From positions 115,382,001 through 115,446,000 of the forward strand of contig OZ024744.1 in the NCBI GenBank assembly GCA_964016885.1: a DNA stretch of 64,000 nt, given 5' to 3'. The stretch comes from Eledone cirrhosa. Lineage: Eukaryota. The position numbers were made by a program, and so were the translations under genes. A model generated the notes under the pieces. That model did no database searches, had not been told where the DNA came from, and was given only the letters and a program-made list of their open reading frames with translations. Below are positions 1 through 13,200 of this stretch, piece by piece; the stretch's first letter is position 1, and each line of letters starts with the position of its first letter.

Positions 1-1820
1 ATAACCTCTACATTAACTACCCATGTCTCACTACCATGTAACATTACATCAGATGTCCACTGAAACATGTTAGCTTCATGTCTCTCCAGTCTCTATATAA
101 CCTCTACATTAACTACCCATGTCTCACTACCATGTAACATTACATCAGATGTCCATTGAAACATGCTAGCTTCATTTCTCTCCAGTCTCTGTATAACCTC
201 CACAGTAACTACCCATATTTCACTACCATGTAACATTACATAAGATGTCCATTGAAACATGCTAGCTTCATTTCTCTCCAATCTCTATATAACCTCTACA
301 TTGACTACCCATGTCTCACTACCATGTAACATTACATCAGATGTCTATTGAAACATGCTAGCCTCATTTCTCTCCAGTCTCTATATAACCTCTACATTAA
401 CTACCCATGTCTCACTACCATGTAACATTACATCACAGGGCCATTGAAACATGCTAGCTTCATTTCTCTCCAATCTCTATATAACCTCTACATTAACTAC
501 CCATGTCTCACTACCATGTAACATTACATCACAGGGCCATTGAAACATGCTAGCTTCATTTCTCTCCAGTCTCTATATAACCTCTACAGTAACTACCCAT
601 ATCTCACTACCATGTAACATTACATCAGATGTCTATTGAAACATGTTAGCTTCATTTCTCCACAGTCTCTATATAACCTCTACATTAACTACCGATATCT
701 CACTACCATGTAACATTGCATCAGATGTCCATTGAAACATGCTAGCTTCATTTCCCTCCAGTCTCTATGGAACCTCTACATTAACTACTCATGTCTCACT
801 ACCATGTAACATTACATAAGATGTCCATTGAAACATGCTAGCTTCATGTCTCTCTCGTCTCTATATAACCTCTACATTAACTACCCATGTCTCACTACCA
901 TGTAACACTACATCAGATGTCTATTGAAACATGCTAGCTTCATTTCTCTCCAGTCTCTATATAACCTCTAGCTTAACTACCCATATCTCACTACCATGTA
1001 ACATTACATCAGATGTCCATTGAAACATGTTAGCTTCATTTCCCTCCAGTCTCTACATAACCTCTACATTAACTACTCATGTCTCACTACCATGTAACAT
1101 TACATAAGATGTCCATTGAAACATGCTAGCTTCATTTCTCTCCAGTCTCTGTATAACCTCTATGTTAACTACCCATGTCTCACTACCATGTAACATTACA
1201 TCACAGGGCCATTGAAGCATGCTAGCTTCATTTCTCTCCAGTCTCTATATAACCTCTACATTAACTACCCATGTCTCACTACCATGTAACACTACATCAC
1301 AGGGCCATTGAAACATGCTAGCTTCATTTCTCTCCAGTCTCTATATAACCTCTACATTAACTACCCATGTCTCAGTACCATGTAACATTACATCAGATGT
1401 CTATTGAAACATGCTAGCTTCATTTCTATCTTGTCTCTATATAACCTCTACATTAACTACCCATGTCTCACTACCATGTAACATTACATCACAGGGCCAT
1501 TGAAACATGCAAGCTTCATTTCTCTCCAATCTCTATATAACCTCTACATTAACTACCCATGTCTCACTACCATGTAACATTACATCACAGGGCCATTGAA
1601 ACATGTTAGCTTCATTTCTCTCCAGTCTCTATATAACCTCTACACTAACTACCCATGTCTCACTACCAGGTAACATTACATTACAGGGCCATTGAAACAT
1701 GCTAGCTTCATTTCTCTCCAGTCTCTATATAACCTCTACATTAACTACCCATGTCTCACTACCATGTAACATTACATCAGATGTCCATTGAAACATGCTA
1801 GCTTCATGTCTCTCCAGTCT

Positions 1821-2039
1821 CTATATAACCTCTACATTAACTACCCATGTCTCACTACCATGTAACATTACATTACAAGGCCATTGAAACATGCTAGCTT
1901 CATATCTCTCCAGTCTCTGTATAACCTCTACAGTAACTACCCATGTCTCACTACCATGTAACATTACATTACAGGGACATTGAAACATGCTAGCTTCAAT
2001 CTCTCCAGTCTCTGTATAACCTCTACAGTAACTACCCAT
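1821..2039 (-). pseudogene. Cluster of the most LINE-like monomers (open codon CAG, VVTVE, WPCNV); not an expressed CDS
   Basis: Monomers carry ctctGtat (CAG instead of TAG), acaGtaact (Thr) and caTtacagg/caTtacaagg (Cys-Asn-Val) together. ORF track 1821..2039. Confidence 0.55.
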
Positions 2040-5000
2040 ATCTCACTACCATGTAACATTACATCAGATGTCTATTGAAACATACTAGCTTCATTTCTCT
2101 CCAGTCTCTATATAACCTCTACATTAACTACCCATAGCGCACTACCATGTAACATTACATCAGAAGTCCATTGAAACATGCTAGCTTCATTTCTCTCCAG
2201 TCTCTATATAACCTCTACATTAACTACCCATGTCTCACTACCATGTAACATTACATCAGATGTCCATTGAAACATGCTAGCTTCATTTCTCTCCAGTCTC
2301 TATATAACCTCTACATTAACTACGCATATCTCACTACCATGTAACATTACATAAGATGTCCATTGACACATGCTAGCTTCATTTCTCTCCAGTCTCTATA
2401 TAACCTCTACATTAACAACCCAGGTCTCACTACCATGTAACATTACATCAGATGTCCATTGAAACATGTTAGCTTCATGTCTCTCCAGTCTCTATATAAC
2501 CTCTACATTAACTACTCATGTCTCACTACCATGTAACATTACATAAGATGTCCATTGAAACATGCTAGCTTCATTTCTCTCCAGTCTCTATATAACCTCT
2601 ACATTAACTACCCATGTCTCACTACCATGTAACATTACATCACAGGGCAATTGAAACATATTAGCTTCATTTCTCTCCAGTCTCTATATAACCTCTACAG
2701 TAACTACCCATGTCTCACTACCATGTAACATTACATCACATGTCCATTGAAACATGTTAGCTTCATGTCTCTCCAGTCTCTATATAACCTCTACATTAAC
2801 TACCATGTAACATTACATCAGATGACCATGTAACATGCTAGCTTCATGTCTCTCCAGTCTCTATATAACCTCTACATTAACTACCCATGTCTCACTAGCA
2901 TGTAGCATTACATCAGATGTCCATTGAAACATGTTAACTTCACGTCTCTCTAGTCTCTATATAACCTCTACATTAACTACCCATGTCTCACTACCATGTA
3001 ACATTACATCAGATGTCCATTGAAACATGTTAGCTTCATGTCTCTCCAGTCTCTATATAACCTCTACATTAACTACCCATGTCTCACTACCATGTAACAT
3101 TACATCAGATGTCCATTGAAACATGCCAGCTTCATTTCTCTCCAGTCACTATATAACTCCTACATTAACTACCCATGTCTCACTACCATGTAACATTACA
3201 TCACAGGGCTATTGAAACATACTAGCTTCATTTCTCTCCAGTCTCTATATAACCTCTACATTAACTACACATCTCTCACTACCATGTAACATTACATCAG
3301 ATGTCCATTGAAACATGCTAGCTTCATTTCTCTCCAGTCTCTATATAACCTCTACATTAACTACCCATTTCGCACTACCATGTAACATTACATCAGAAGT
3401 CCATTGAAACATGCTACCTTCATTTCTCTCCAGTCTCTATATAACCTCTACATTAACTACCCATATCTCACTACCATGTAACATTACATCAGATGTCTAT
3501 TGAAACATGCTAGCTTCATTTCTCTCCAGTCTCTATATAACCTCTAGCTTAACTACCCATATCTCACTACCATGTAACATTACATCAGATGTCCATTGAA
3601 ACATGTTAGCTTCATTTCCCTCCAGTCTCTATATAACCTCTACATTAACTACTCATGTCTCACTACCATGTAATATTACATCACAGGGCCATTGAAACAT
3701 GCTAGCTTCATGTCTCTCCAGTCTCTATATAACCTCTACATTAACTACCCATGTCTCACTACCATGTAACATTACATCACAGGGCCATTGTAACATGCTA
3801 GCTTCATGTCTCTTCAGTCTCTATATAACCTTTACATTAACTACCCATGTCTCACTACCATGTAACATTACATCAGATGTCCATTGAAACATAGTAGCTT
3901 CATTTCTCACCAGTCTCTATATAACCTCTACATTAACTACCCATGTCTCACTACCATGTAACATTACATCACAGGGCCATTGAAACATGTTAGCTTCATT
4001 TCTCTCCAGTCTCTATATAACCTCTACATTAACTACCCATGTCTCACTACCATGTAACACTACATCAGATGTCCATTGTAACATGCTAGCTTCATGTCTC
4101 TCCAGTCTTTATATAAACTCTACATTAACTACCCATGTCTCACTACCATGTAACACTACATCAGATGTCCATTGTAACATGCTAGCTTCATGTCTCTCCA
4201 GTCTCTATATAACCTCTACATTAACTACCATGTCTCACTACCATGTAACATTACATCAGATGTCTATTGAAACATGCTAGCTTCATTTCTCTCCAGTCTC
4301 TATATAACCTCTACATTAACTACCCATGTCTCACTACCATGTAACACTACATCAGATGTCCATTGAAACATGCTAGCTTCATTTCTCTCCAGTCTCTATA
4401 TAACCTCTACATTAAATCCCCATGTCTCACTACCATGTAACATTACATCAGATGTCCATTGAAACATGCTAGCTTCATTTCTCTCCAGTCTCTATATAAC
4501 CTTTACATTAACTACCCATATCTCACTACCATGTAACATTACATCAGATGTCCATTGAAACATGCTAGCCTCATTTCTCTCCAGTCTCTATATAACCTCT
4601 ACATTAACTACCATGTCTCACTACCATGTAACATTACATCAGATGTCTATTGAAACATGCTAGCTTCATTTCTCTCCAGTCTCTATATAACCTCTACATT
4701 AACTACCCATGTCTCACTACAATTTAACATTACATCAGATGTCCATTGAAACATGCTAGCTTCATTACTCTCCAGTCTCTATATAACCTCTATATTAACT
4801 ACCCATGTCTCACTACCATGTAGCATTACATCAGATGTCCATTGAAACATGCTAGCTTCATTTCTCTCCAGTCTCTATATAACCTTTACATTAACTACCC
4901 ATGTCTCACTACCATGTAACATTACATCACAGGGCCATTGAAACATGCTAGCTTCATTTCTCTCCAGTCTCTATATAACCTCTACATTAACTACCCATAT

Positions 5001-6602
5001 TTCACTACCATGTAACATTACATCAGATGTCCAATGAAACATGTTAGCTTCATTTCCCTCCAGTCTCTATATAACCTCTACATTAACTACTCATGTCTCA
5101 CTACCATGTAACATTACATAAGATGTCCATTGAAACATGCTAGCTTCATTTCTCTCCAGTCTCTGTATAACCTCTACATTGACTACCCATGTCTCACTAC
5201 CATGTAACATTACATCACAGGGCCATTGAAACATGTTAGCTTCATGTCTCTCCAGTCTCTATATAACCTCTACATTAACTACCCATGTCTCACTACCATG
5301 TAACATTACATCAGATGTCCATTGCAACATGCTAGCTTCATGTCTCTCCAGTCTCTATATAATCTCTACAGTAACTACCCATGTCTCACTACCATGTAAC
5401 ATTACATAAGATGTCCATTGAAACATGCTAGCTTCATTTCTCTCCAATCTCTATATAACCTCTACATTAACTACCCATAGGGCACTACCATGTAACATTA
5501 CATCAGATGTCTATTGAAACACGCTATCTTCATTTCTCCACAGTCTCCATATAACCTCTACATTAACTACCCATGTCTCACTACCATGTAACATTACATC
5601 AGATGTCTATTGAAACATGCTAGCTTCATTTCCCTCCAGTCTCTATGTAACCTCTACATTAACTACCCATGTCTCACTACCATGTAACATTACATCACAG
5701 GTCAATTGAAACATGTTAGCTTCATTTCTCTCCAGTCTCTATATAACCTCTACATTAACTACCCATATCTCACTACCATGTAACATTACATCAGATGTCT
5801 ATTGAAACATGCTAGCTTCATTTCTCTCCAGTCTCTATATAACCTCTAGCTTAACTACCCATATCTCACTACCATGTAACATTACATCAGATGTCCATTG
5901 AAACATGTTAGCTTCATTTCCCTCCAGTCTCTATATAACCTCTACATTAACTACTCATGTCTCACTACCATGTAACATTACATAAGATGTCCATTGAAAC
6001 ATGCTAGGTTCATTTCTCTCCAGTCTCTGTATAACCTCTACAGTAACTACCTATGTCTCACTACCATGTAACATTACATCACAGGGCCATTGAAACATGC
6101 TAGCTTCATGTCTTTCCAGTCTCTCTATAACCTCTATGTTAACTACCCATGTCTCACTACCATGTAACATTACATCACAGGGCCATTGAAGCATGCTAGC
6201 TTCATTTCTCTCCAGTCTCTATATAACCTCTACATTAACTACCCATGACTCACTACCATGTAACACTACATCACAGGGCCATTGAAACATCCTAGCTTCA
6301 TTTCTCTCCAGTCTCTATATAATCTCTACATTAACTACCCATGTCTCACTACCATGTAACATTACATCAGATGTCTATTGAAACATGCTAGCTTCATTTC
6401 TACCTTGTCTCTATATAACCTCTACATTAACTACCCATGTCTCACTACCATGTAACAATACATCACAGGGCCATTGAAACATGCTAGCTTCATTTCTCTC
6501 CAATCTCTATATAACCTCTACATTAACTACCCATGTCTCACTACTATGTAACATTACATCAGATGTCCATTGAAACATACTAGCTTCATGTCTCTCCAGT
6601 CT

Positions 6603-6842
6603 CTATATAACCTCTACATTAACTACCCATGTCTCACTACCATGTAACATTACATTACAAGGCCATTGAAACATGCTAGCTTCATATCTCTCCAGTCTCT
6701 GTATAACCTCTACAGTAACTACCCATGTCTCACTACCATGTAACATTACATTACAGGGACATTGAAACATGCTAGCTTCATATCTCTCCAGTCTCTGTAT
6801 AACCTCTACAGTAACTACCCATATCTCACTACCATGTAACAT
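6603..6842 (-). pseudogene. Second copy of the LINE-like open monomer cluster; not an expressed CDS
   Basis: Same linked variants as 1821-2039 (ttacaaggcc, catatctc, ctctgtat, acagggacatt), offset 4782 bp. Confidence 0.55.
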
Positions 6843-9800
6843 TACATCAGATGTCTATTGAAACATGCCAGCTTCATTTCTCCACAGTCTCTTTATAATC
6901 TCTACATTAACTACCATGTCTCACTACCATGTAACATTGCATCAGATGTCCATTGAAACATGCTAGCTTCATTTCTCTCCAGTCTCTATATAAGCTCTAC
7001 ATTAACTCCCCATGTCTCACTACCATGTAACATTACATCAGATGTCCATTGAAACATGCTAGCTTCATATCTCCCCAGTCTCTATATAACCTCTACATTA
7101 ACTACCCATGTCTCACCACCATGTAACATTACATCAGATGTCCATTGAAACATGCTAGCTTCATTTATCTCCAGTCTCTATATAACCTCTACATTAACTA
7201 CCCATGTCTCACTACCATGTAACACTACATCAGATGTCCATTGTAACATGCTAGCTTCATGTTTCTCCAGTCTCAATATAACCTCTACATTAACTACCCA
7301 TGTCTCACTACCATGTAACACTACATCAGATGTCCATTGTAACATGCTAGCTTCATGTCTCTCCAGTCTCTATATAACCTCTACATTAACAACCCATGTC
7401 TCACTACCAAGTAACACTACATCAGATGTCCATTGAAACATGCTAGCCTCATTTTTCTCCAGTCTCTATATAACCTCTACATTAACTACCATGTCTCACT
7501 ACCATGAAACATTACATCAGATGTCTATTGAAACATGCTAGCTTCATTTCTCTCCAGTCTCTATATAACCTGTACATTAACTACCCATGTCTCACTACCA
7601 TGTAACACTACATCAGATGTCCATTGAAACATGTTAGTTTCATTTCTCTCCAGTCTCTATATAACCTCTACATTAACTACCAATGTCTCACTACCATATA
7701 ACATTACATTACAGGGCCATTGAAACACGCTAGCTTCATTTCTCACCAGTCTCTATATAACCTCTACATTAACTACCCATGTCTCACTACCATGTAACAT
7801 TACATCACAGGGCCATTGAAACACGCTAGCTTCATTTCTCACCAGTCTCTATATAACCTCTACATTAACTACCCATGTCTCACTACCATGTAACATTACA
7901 TCAGATGTCCATTGAAACATGCTAGCTTCATTTCTCTCCAGTCTCTATATAACCTCTACATTAACTACCCATGTCTCACTACCATGTAACATTACATCAC
8001 AGGGCCATTGAAACATGCTAGCTTCATGTCTCTCCAGTCTCTATATAACCTCTACATTAACTACCCATGTCTCACTACCATGTAACACTACATCAGATGT
8101 CTATTGAAACACGCTAGCTTCATTTCTCCAGTCTCTATATAACCTCTACATTAACTACCCATGTCTCACTACCATGTAACATTATATCAGATGTCTATTG
8201 AAACATGCTAGCTTCATTTCTCCACAGTCTCTTTATAACCTCTACATTAACTACCATGTCTCAGTACCATGTAACATTACATCAGATGTCCATTGAAACA
8301 TGTTAGCTTCATTTCCCTCCAGTCTCTATATAACCCCTACATTAACTACTCATGTCTCACTACCATGTAACATTACATAAGATGTCCATTGAAACATGCT
8401 AGCTTCACGTTTCTCTCGTCTCTATATAACCTCTACATTAATGACCCATGTCTCACTACCATGTAATATTACATCACAGGGCCATTGAAACATGCTAGCT
8501 TCATGTCTCTCCAGTCTCTATATAACCTCTACATTAACTACCCATGTCTCACTACCATGTAACATTACATCACAGGGCCATTGTAACATGCTAGCTTCAT
8601 GTCTCTTCAGTCTCTATATAACCTGTACATTAACTACCCATGTCTCACTACCATGTAACATTACATCAGATGTCCATTGAAACATAGTAGCTTCATTTCT
8701 CACCAGTCTCTATATAACCTCTACATTAACTACCCATGTCTCACTACCATGTAACATTACATCACAGGGCCATTGAAACATGTTAGCTTCATTTCTCTCC
8801 AGTCTCTATATAACCTCTACATTAACTACCCATGTCTCACTACCATGTAACACTACATCAGATGTCCATTGTAACATGCTAGCTTCATGTCTCTCCAGTC
8901 TTTATATAAACTCTACATTAACTACCCATGTCTCACTACCATGTAACACTACATCAGATGTCCATTGAAACATGCTAGCCTCATTTCTCTCCAGTCTCTA
9001 TATAACCTCTACATTAACTACCATGTCTCACTACCATGTAACATTACATCAGATGTCTATTGAAACATGCTAGCTTCATTTCTCTCCAGTCTCTATATAA
9101 CCTCTACATTAACTACCCATGTCTCACTACCATGTAACACTACATCAGATGTCCATTGAAACATGCTAGCTTCATTTCTCTCCAGTCTCTATATAACCTC
9201 TACATTAACTACCCATGTCTCACTACCATGTAACACTACATCAGATGTCCATTGAAACATGTTAGTTTCATTTCTCTCCAGTCTCTATATAACCTCTACA
9301 TTAACTACCAATGTCTCACTACCATGTAACACTACATCAGATGTCCATTGAAACATGCTAGCTTCACTTCTCTCCAGTCTCTATATAACCTATACATTAA
9401 CTACCCATGTCTCACTACCTTGTAACATTACATCAGATGTCCATTGAAACATACTAGCTTCATGTCTCTCCAGTCTCTATATAACCTCTACATTAACTAC
9501 CATGTCTCACTACTATGTAACATTACATAAGATGTCCATTGAAACATGCTAGCTTCATGTCTCTCTCGTCTCTATGTAACCTCTACATTAACTACCCATG
9601 TCTCACTACCAGGTAATATTACATCACAGGGCCATTGAAATATGCTAGCTTCATGTCTCTCCAGTCTCTATATAACCTCTACATTAACTACCCATGTCTC
9701 ACTACCATGTAACATTACATGACAGGGCCATTGAAACATGCTAGCTTCATTTCTCTCCAATCTCTATATAACATCTACATTAACTACCCATGTCTCACTA

Positions 9801-10299
9801 CCATGTAACATTACATCACAGGGCCATTGAAACATGTTAGCTTCATTTCTCTCCAGTCTCTCTATAACCTCTACATTAACTACCCATGTCTCACTACCAT
9901 GTAACACTACATCAGATGTCCATTGAAACATGCTAGCTTCATGTCTCTCCAGTCTCTATATAACCTCTACATTAACTACCCATGTCTCACTACCATGTAA
10001 CACTACATCAGATGTCCATTGAAACATGCTAGCTTCACTTCTCTCCAGTCTCTATATAACCTATACATTAACTACCCATGTCTCACTACCTTGTAACATT
10101 ACATCAGATGTCCATTGAAACATACTAGCTTCATGTCTCTCCAGTCTCTATATAACCTCTACATTAACTACCATGTCTCACTACTATGTAACATTACATC
10201 AGATGTCCATTGAAACATGTTAGCTTCATTTCTCGCCGTCTTTATATAACCTCTACATTAACTAATCATGTCTCACTACCATGTAACATTACATCAGAT

Positions 10300-13200
10300 G
10301 TCCATTGAAACATGTTAGCTTCATTTCTCTCAAGTCTCTATATAACCTCTACATTAACTACCCATGTCTCACTATCATGTAACATTACATCAGATGTCCA
10401 TTGAAACATGCTAGCTTCATGTCTCTCCAGTCTCTATATAACCTCTACATTAACTACCCATGTCTCACTACCATGTAACACTACATCAGATGTCCATTGA
10501 AACATGCTAGCTTCATTTCTCTCCAGTCTCTATATAACCTCTATATTAACTACCCATGTCTCACTACCATGTAACACTACATCGGATGACCATGTAACAT
10601 GCTAGCTTCATTTCTCTCCAGTCTCTATATAACCTCTACATTAACTACCCATGTCTCACTACCATGTAACACTACATCAGATGTCCATTGAAACATGCTA
10701 GCTTCATTTCTCTCCAGTCTCTATATAACCTATACATTAACTACCCATGTCTCACTACCATGTAACATTACATCAGATGTCCATTGAAACATACTAGCTT
10801 CATGTCTCTCCAGTCTCTATATAACCTCTACGTTAACTACCATGTCTCACTACCATGTAACATTACATCAGATGTCCATTGAAACATGTTAGCTTCATTT
10901 CTCTCCGTCTTTATATAACCTCTACATTAACTAACCATGTCTCACTACCATGTAACATTACATCAGATGTCCATTGAAACATGCTAGCTTCATGTCTCTC
11001 CAGTCTCTATATAACCTCTACATTAACTACCCATGTCTCACTACCATGTAACATTACATCAGATGTCCATTGAAACATAGTAGCTTCATTTCTCACCAGT
11101 CTCTATATAACCTCTACATTAACTACCCATGTCTCACTTCCATGTAACATTACATCACAGGGCCATTGAAACATGTTAGCTTCATTTCTCTCCAGTCTCT
11201 ATATAACCTCTACATTAACTACCCATGTCTCACTACCATGTAACATTACATCACATGTCCATTGAAACATGCTAGCTTCATTTCTCTTCAGTCTCTATAT
11301 AACCTCTACATTAACTACCCATGTCTCACTACCATGTAACACTACATCAGATATCCATTGAAACATGTTAGTTTCATTTCTCTCCAGTCTCTATATAACC
11401 TCTACATTAACTACCAACGTCTCACTACCATGTAACATTACATTACAGGGCCATTGAAACACGCTAGCTTCATTTCTCTCCAGTCTCTATATAACCTCTA
11501 CAGTAACTACCCATGTCTCACTACCATGTAACATTACATCAGATGTCCATTGAAACATGCTAGCTTCATGTCTCTCCAGTCTCTATATAACCTCTACATT
11601 AACTACCCATGTCTCACTACCATGTAACATTACATCAGATGTCCATTGAAACATTCTAGCTTCATGTCTCTCCAGTCTATATATAACCTCTACATTAACT
11701 ACCCATGTCTCACTACCATGTAACATTACATCAGATGTCCATTGAAACATGCTAGCTTCATTTCTCTCCAGTCTCTATATAACCTCTACAGTAACTACCC
11801 ATGTCTCACTACCATGTAACATTACATCACAGGGCCATTGAAACACGCTAGCTTCATTTCTCACCAGTCTCTATATAACCTCTACATTAACTACCCATGT
11901 CTCACTACCATGTAACATTACATCAGATGTCTATTGAAACATGCTAGCTTCATGTCTCTCCAGTCTCTATATAACCTCTACATTAACTACCCATGTCTCA
12001 CTACCATGTAACATTACATCAGATGTCCATTGAAACATGCTAGCTTCATGTCTCTCTCGTCTCTATATAACCTCTACATTAACTACCCATGTCTCACTAC
12101 CATGTAACACTACATCAGATGTCCATTGAAACATCCTAGCCTCATTTCTCTCCAGTCTCTATATAACCTCTACATTAACTACCCATGTCTCACTACCATG
12201 TAACATTACATCAGATGTCCATTGAAACATGCTAGCTTCATTTCTCTCCAGTCTCTATATAACCTCTACATTAACTACCCATGTCTCACTACCATGTAAC
12301 ATTACATCACATGTCCATTGAAACATGTTAGCTTCATTTCTCTCAAGTCTCTATATAACCTCTACATTAACTACCCATGTCTCACTATCATGTAACATTA
12401 CATCAGATGTCCATTGAAACATGCTAGCTTCATGTCTCTCCAGTCTCTATATAACCTCTACATTAACTACCCATGTCTCACTACCATGTAACACTACATC
12501 AGATGTCCATTGAAACATGCTAGCTTCATTTCTCTCCAGTCTCTATATAACCTCTATATTAACTACCCATGTCTCACTACCATGTAACACTACATCGGAT
12601 GACCATGTAACATGCTAGCTTCATTTCTCTCCAGTCTCTATATAACCTCTACATTAACTACCCATGTCTCACTTCCATGTAACACAACATCAGATGTCCA
12701 TTGAAACATGCTAGCTTCATTTCTCTCCAGTCTCTATATAACCTATACATTAACTACCCATATCTCACTACCATGTAACACTACATCAGATGTCCATTGA
12801 AACATGCTAGCTTCATTTCTCTCCAGTCTCTATATAACCTATACATTAACTACCCATGTCTCACTACCATGTAACATTACATCAGATGTCCATTGAAACA
12901 TACTAGCTTCATGTCTCTCCAGTCTCTATATAACCTCTACGTTAACTACCATGTCTCACTACCATGTAACATTACATCAGATGTCCATTGAAACATGTTA
13001 GCTTCATTTCTCTCCGTCTTTATATAACCTCTACATTAACTAACCATGTCTCACTACCATGTAACATTACATCAGATGTCCATTGAAACATGCTAGCTTC
13101 ATGTCTCTCCAGTCTCTATATAACCTCTACATTAACTACCCATGCCTCACTACCATGTAACATTACATCAGATGTCCATTGAAACATAGTAGCTTCATTT

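Larger units (their letters stand above)
900..9200. repeat. Older, rearranged ~4.8-kb (~50-monomer) higher-order duplication
   Basis: Variant strings repeat at ~4.8 kb: 1821/6603 (4782), 3699/8492 and 3987/8780 (4793), and gaagcat near 1215/6190. Boundaries are approximate. Confidence 0.7.
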
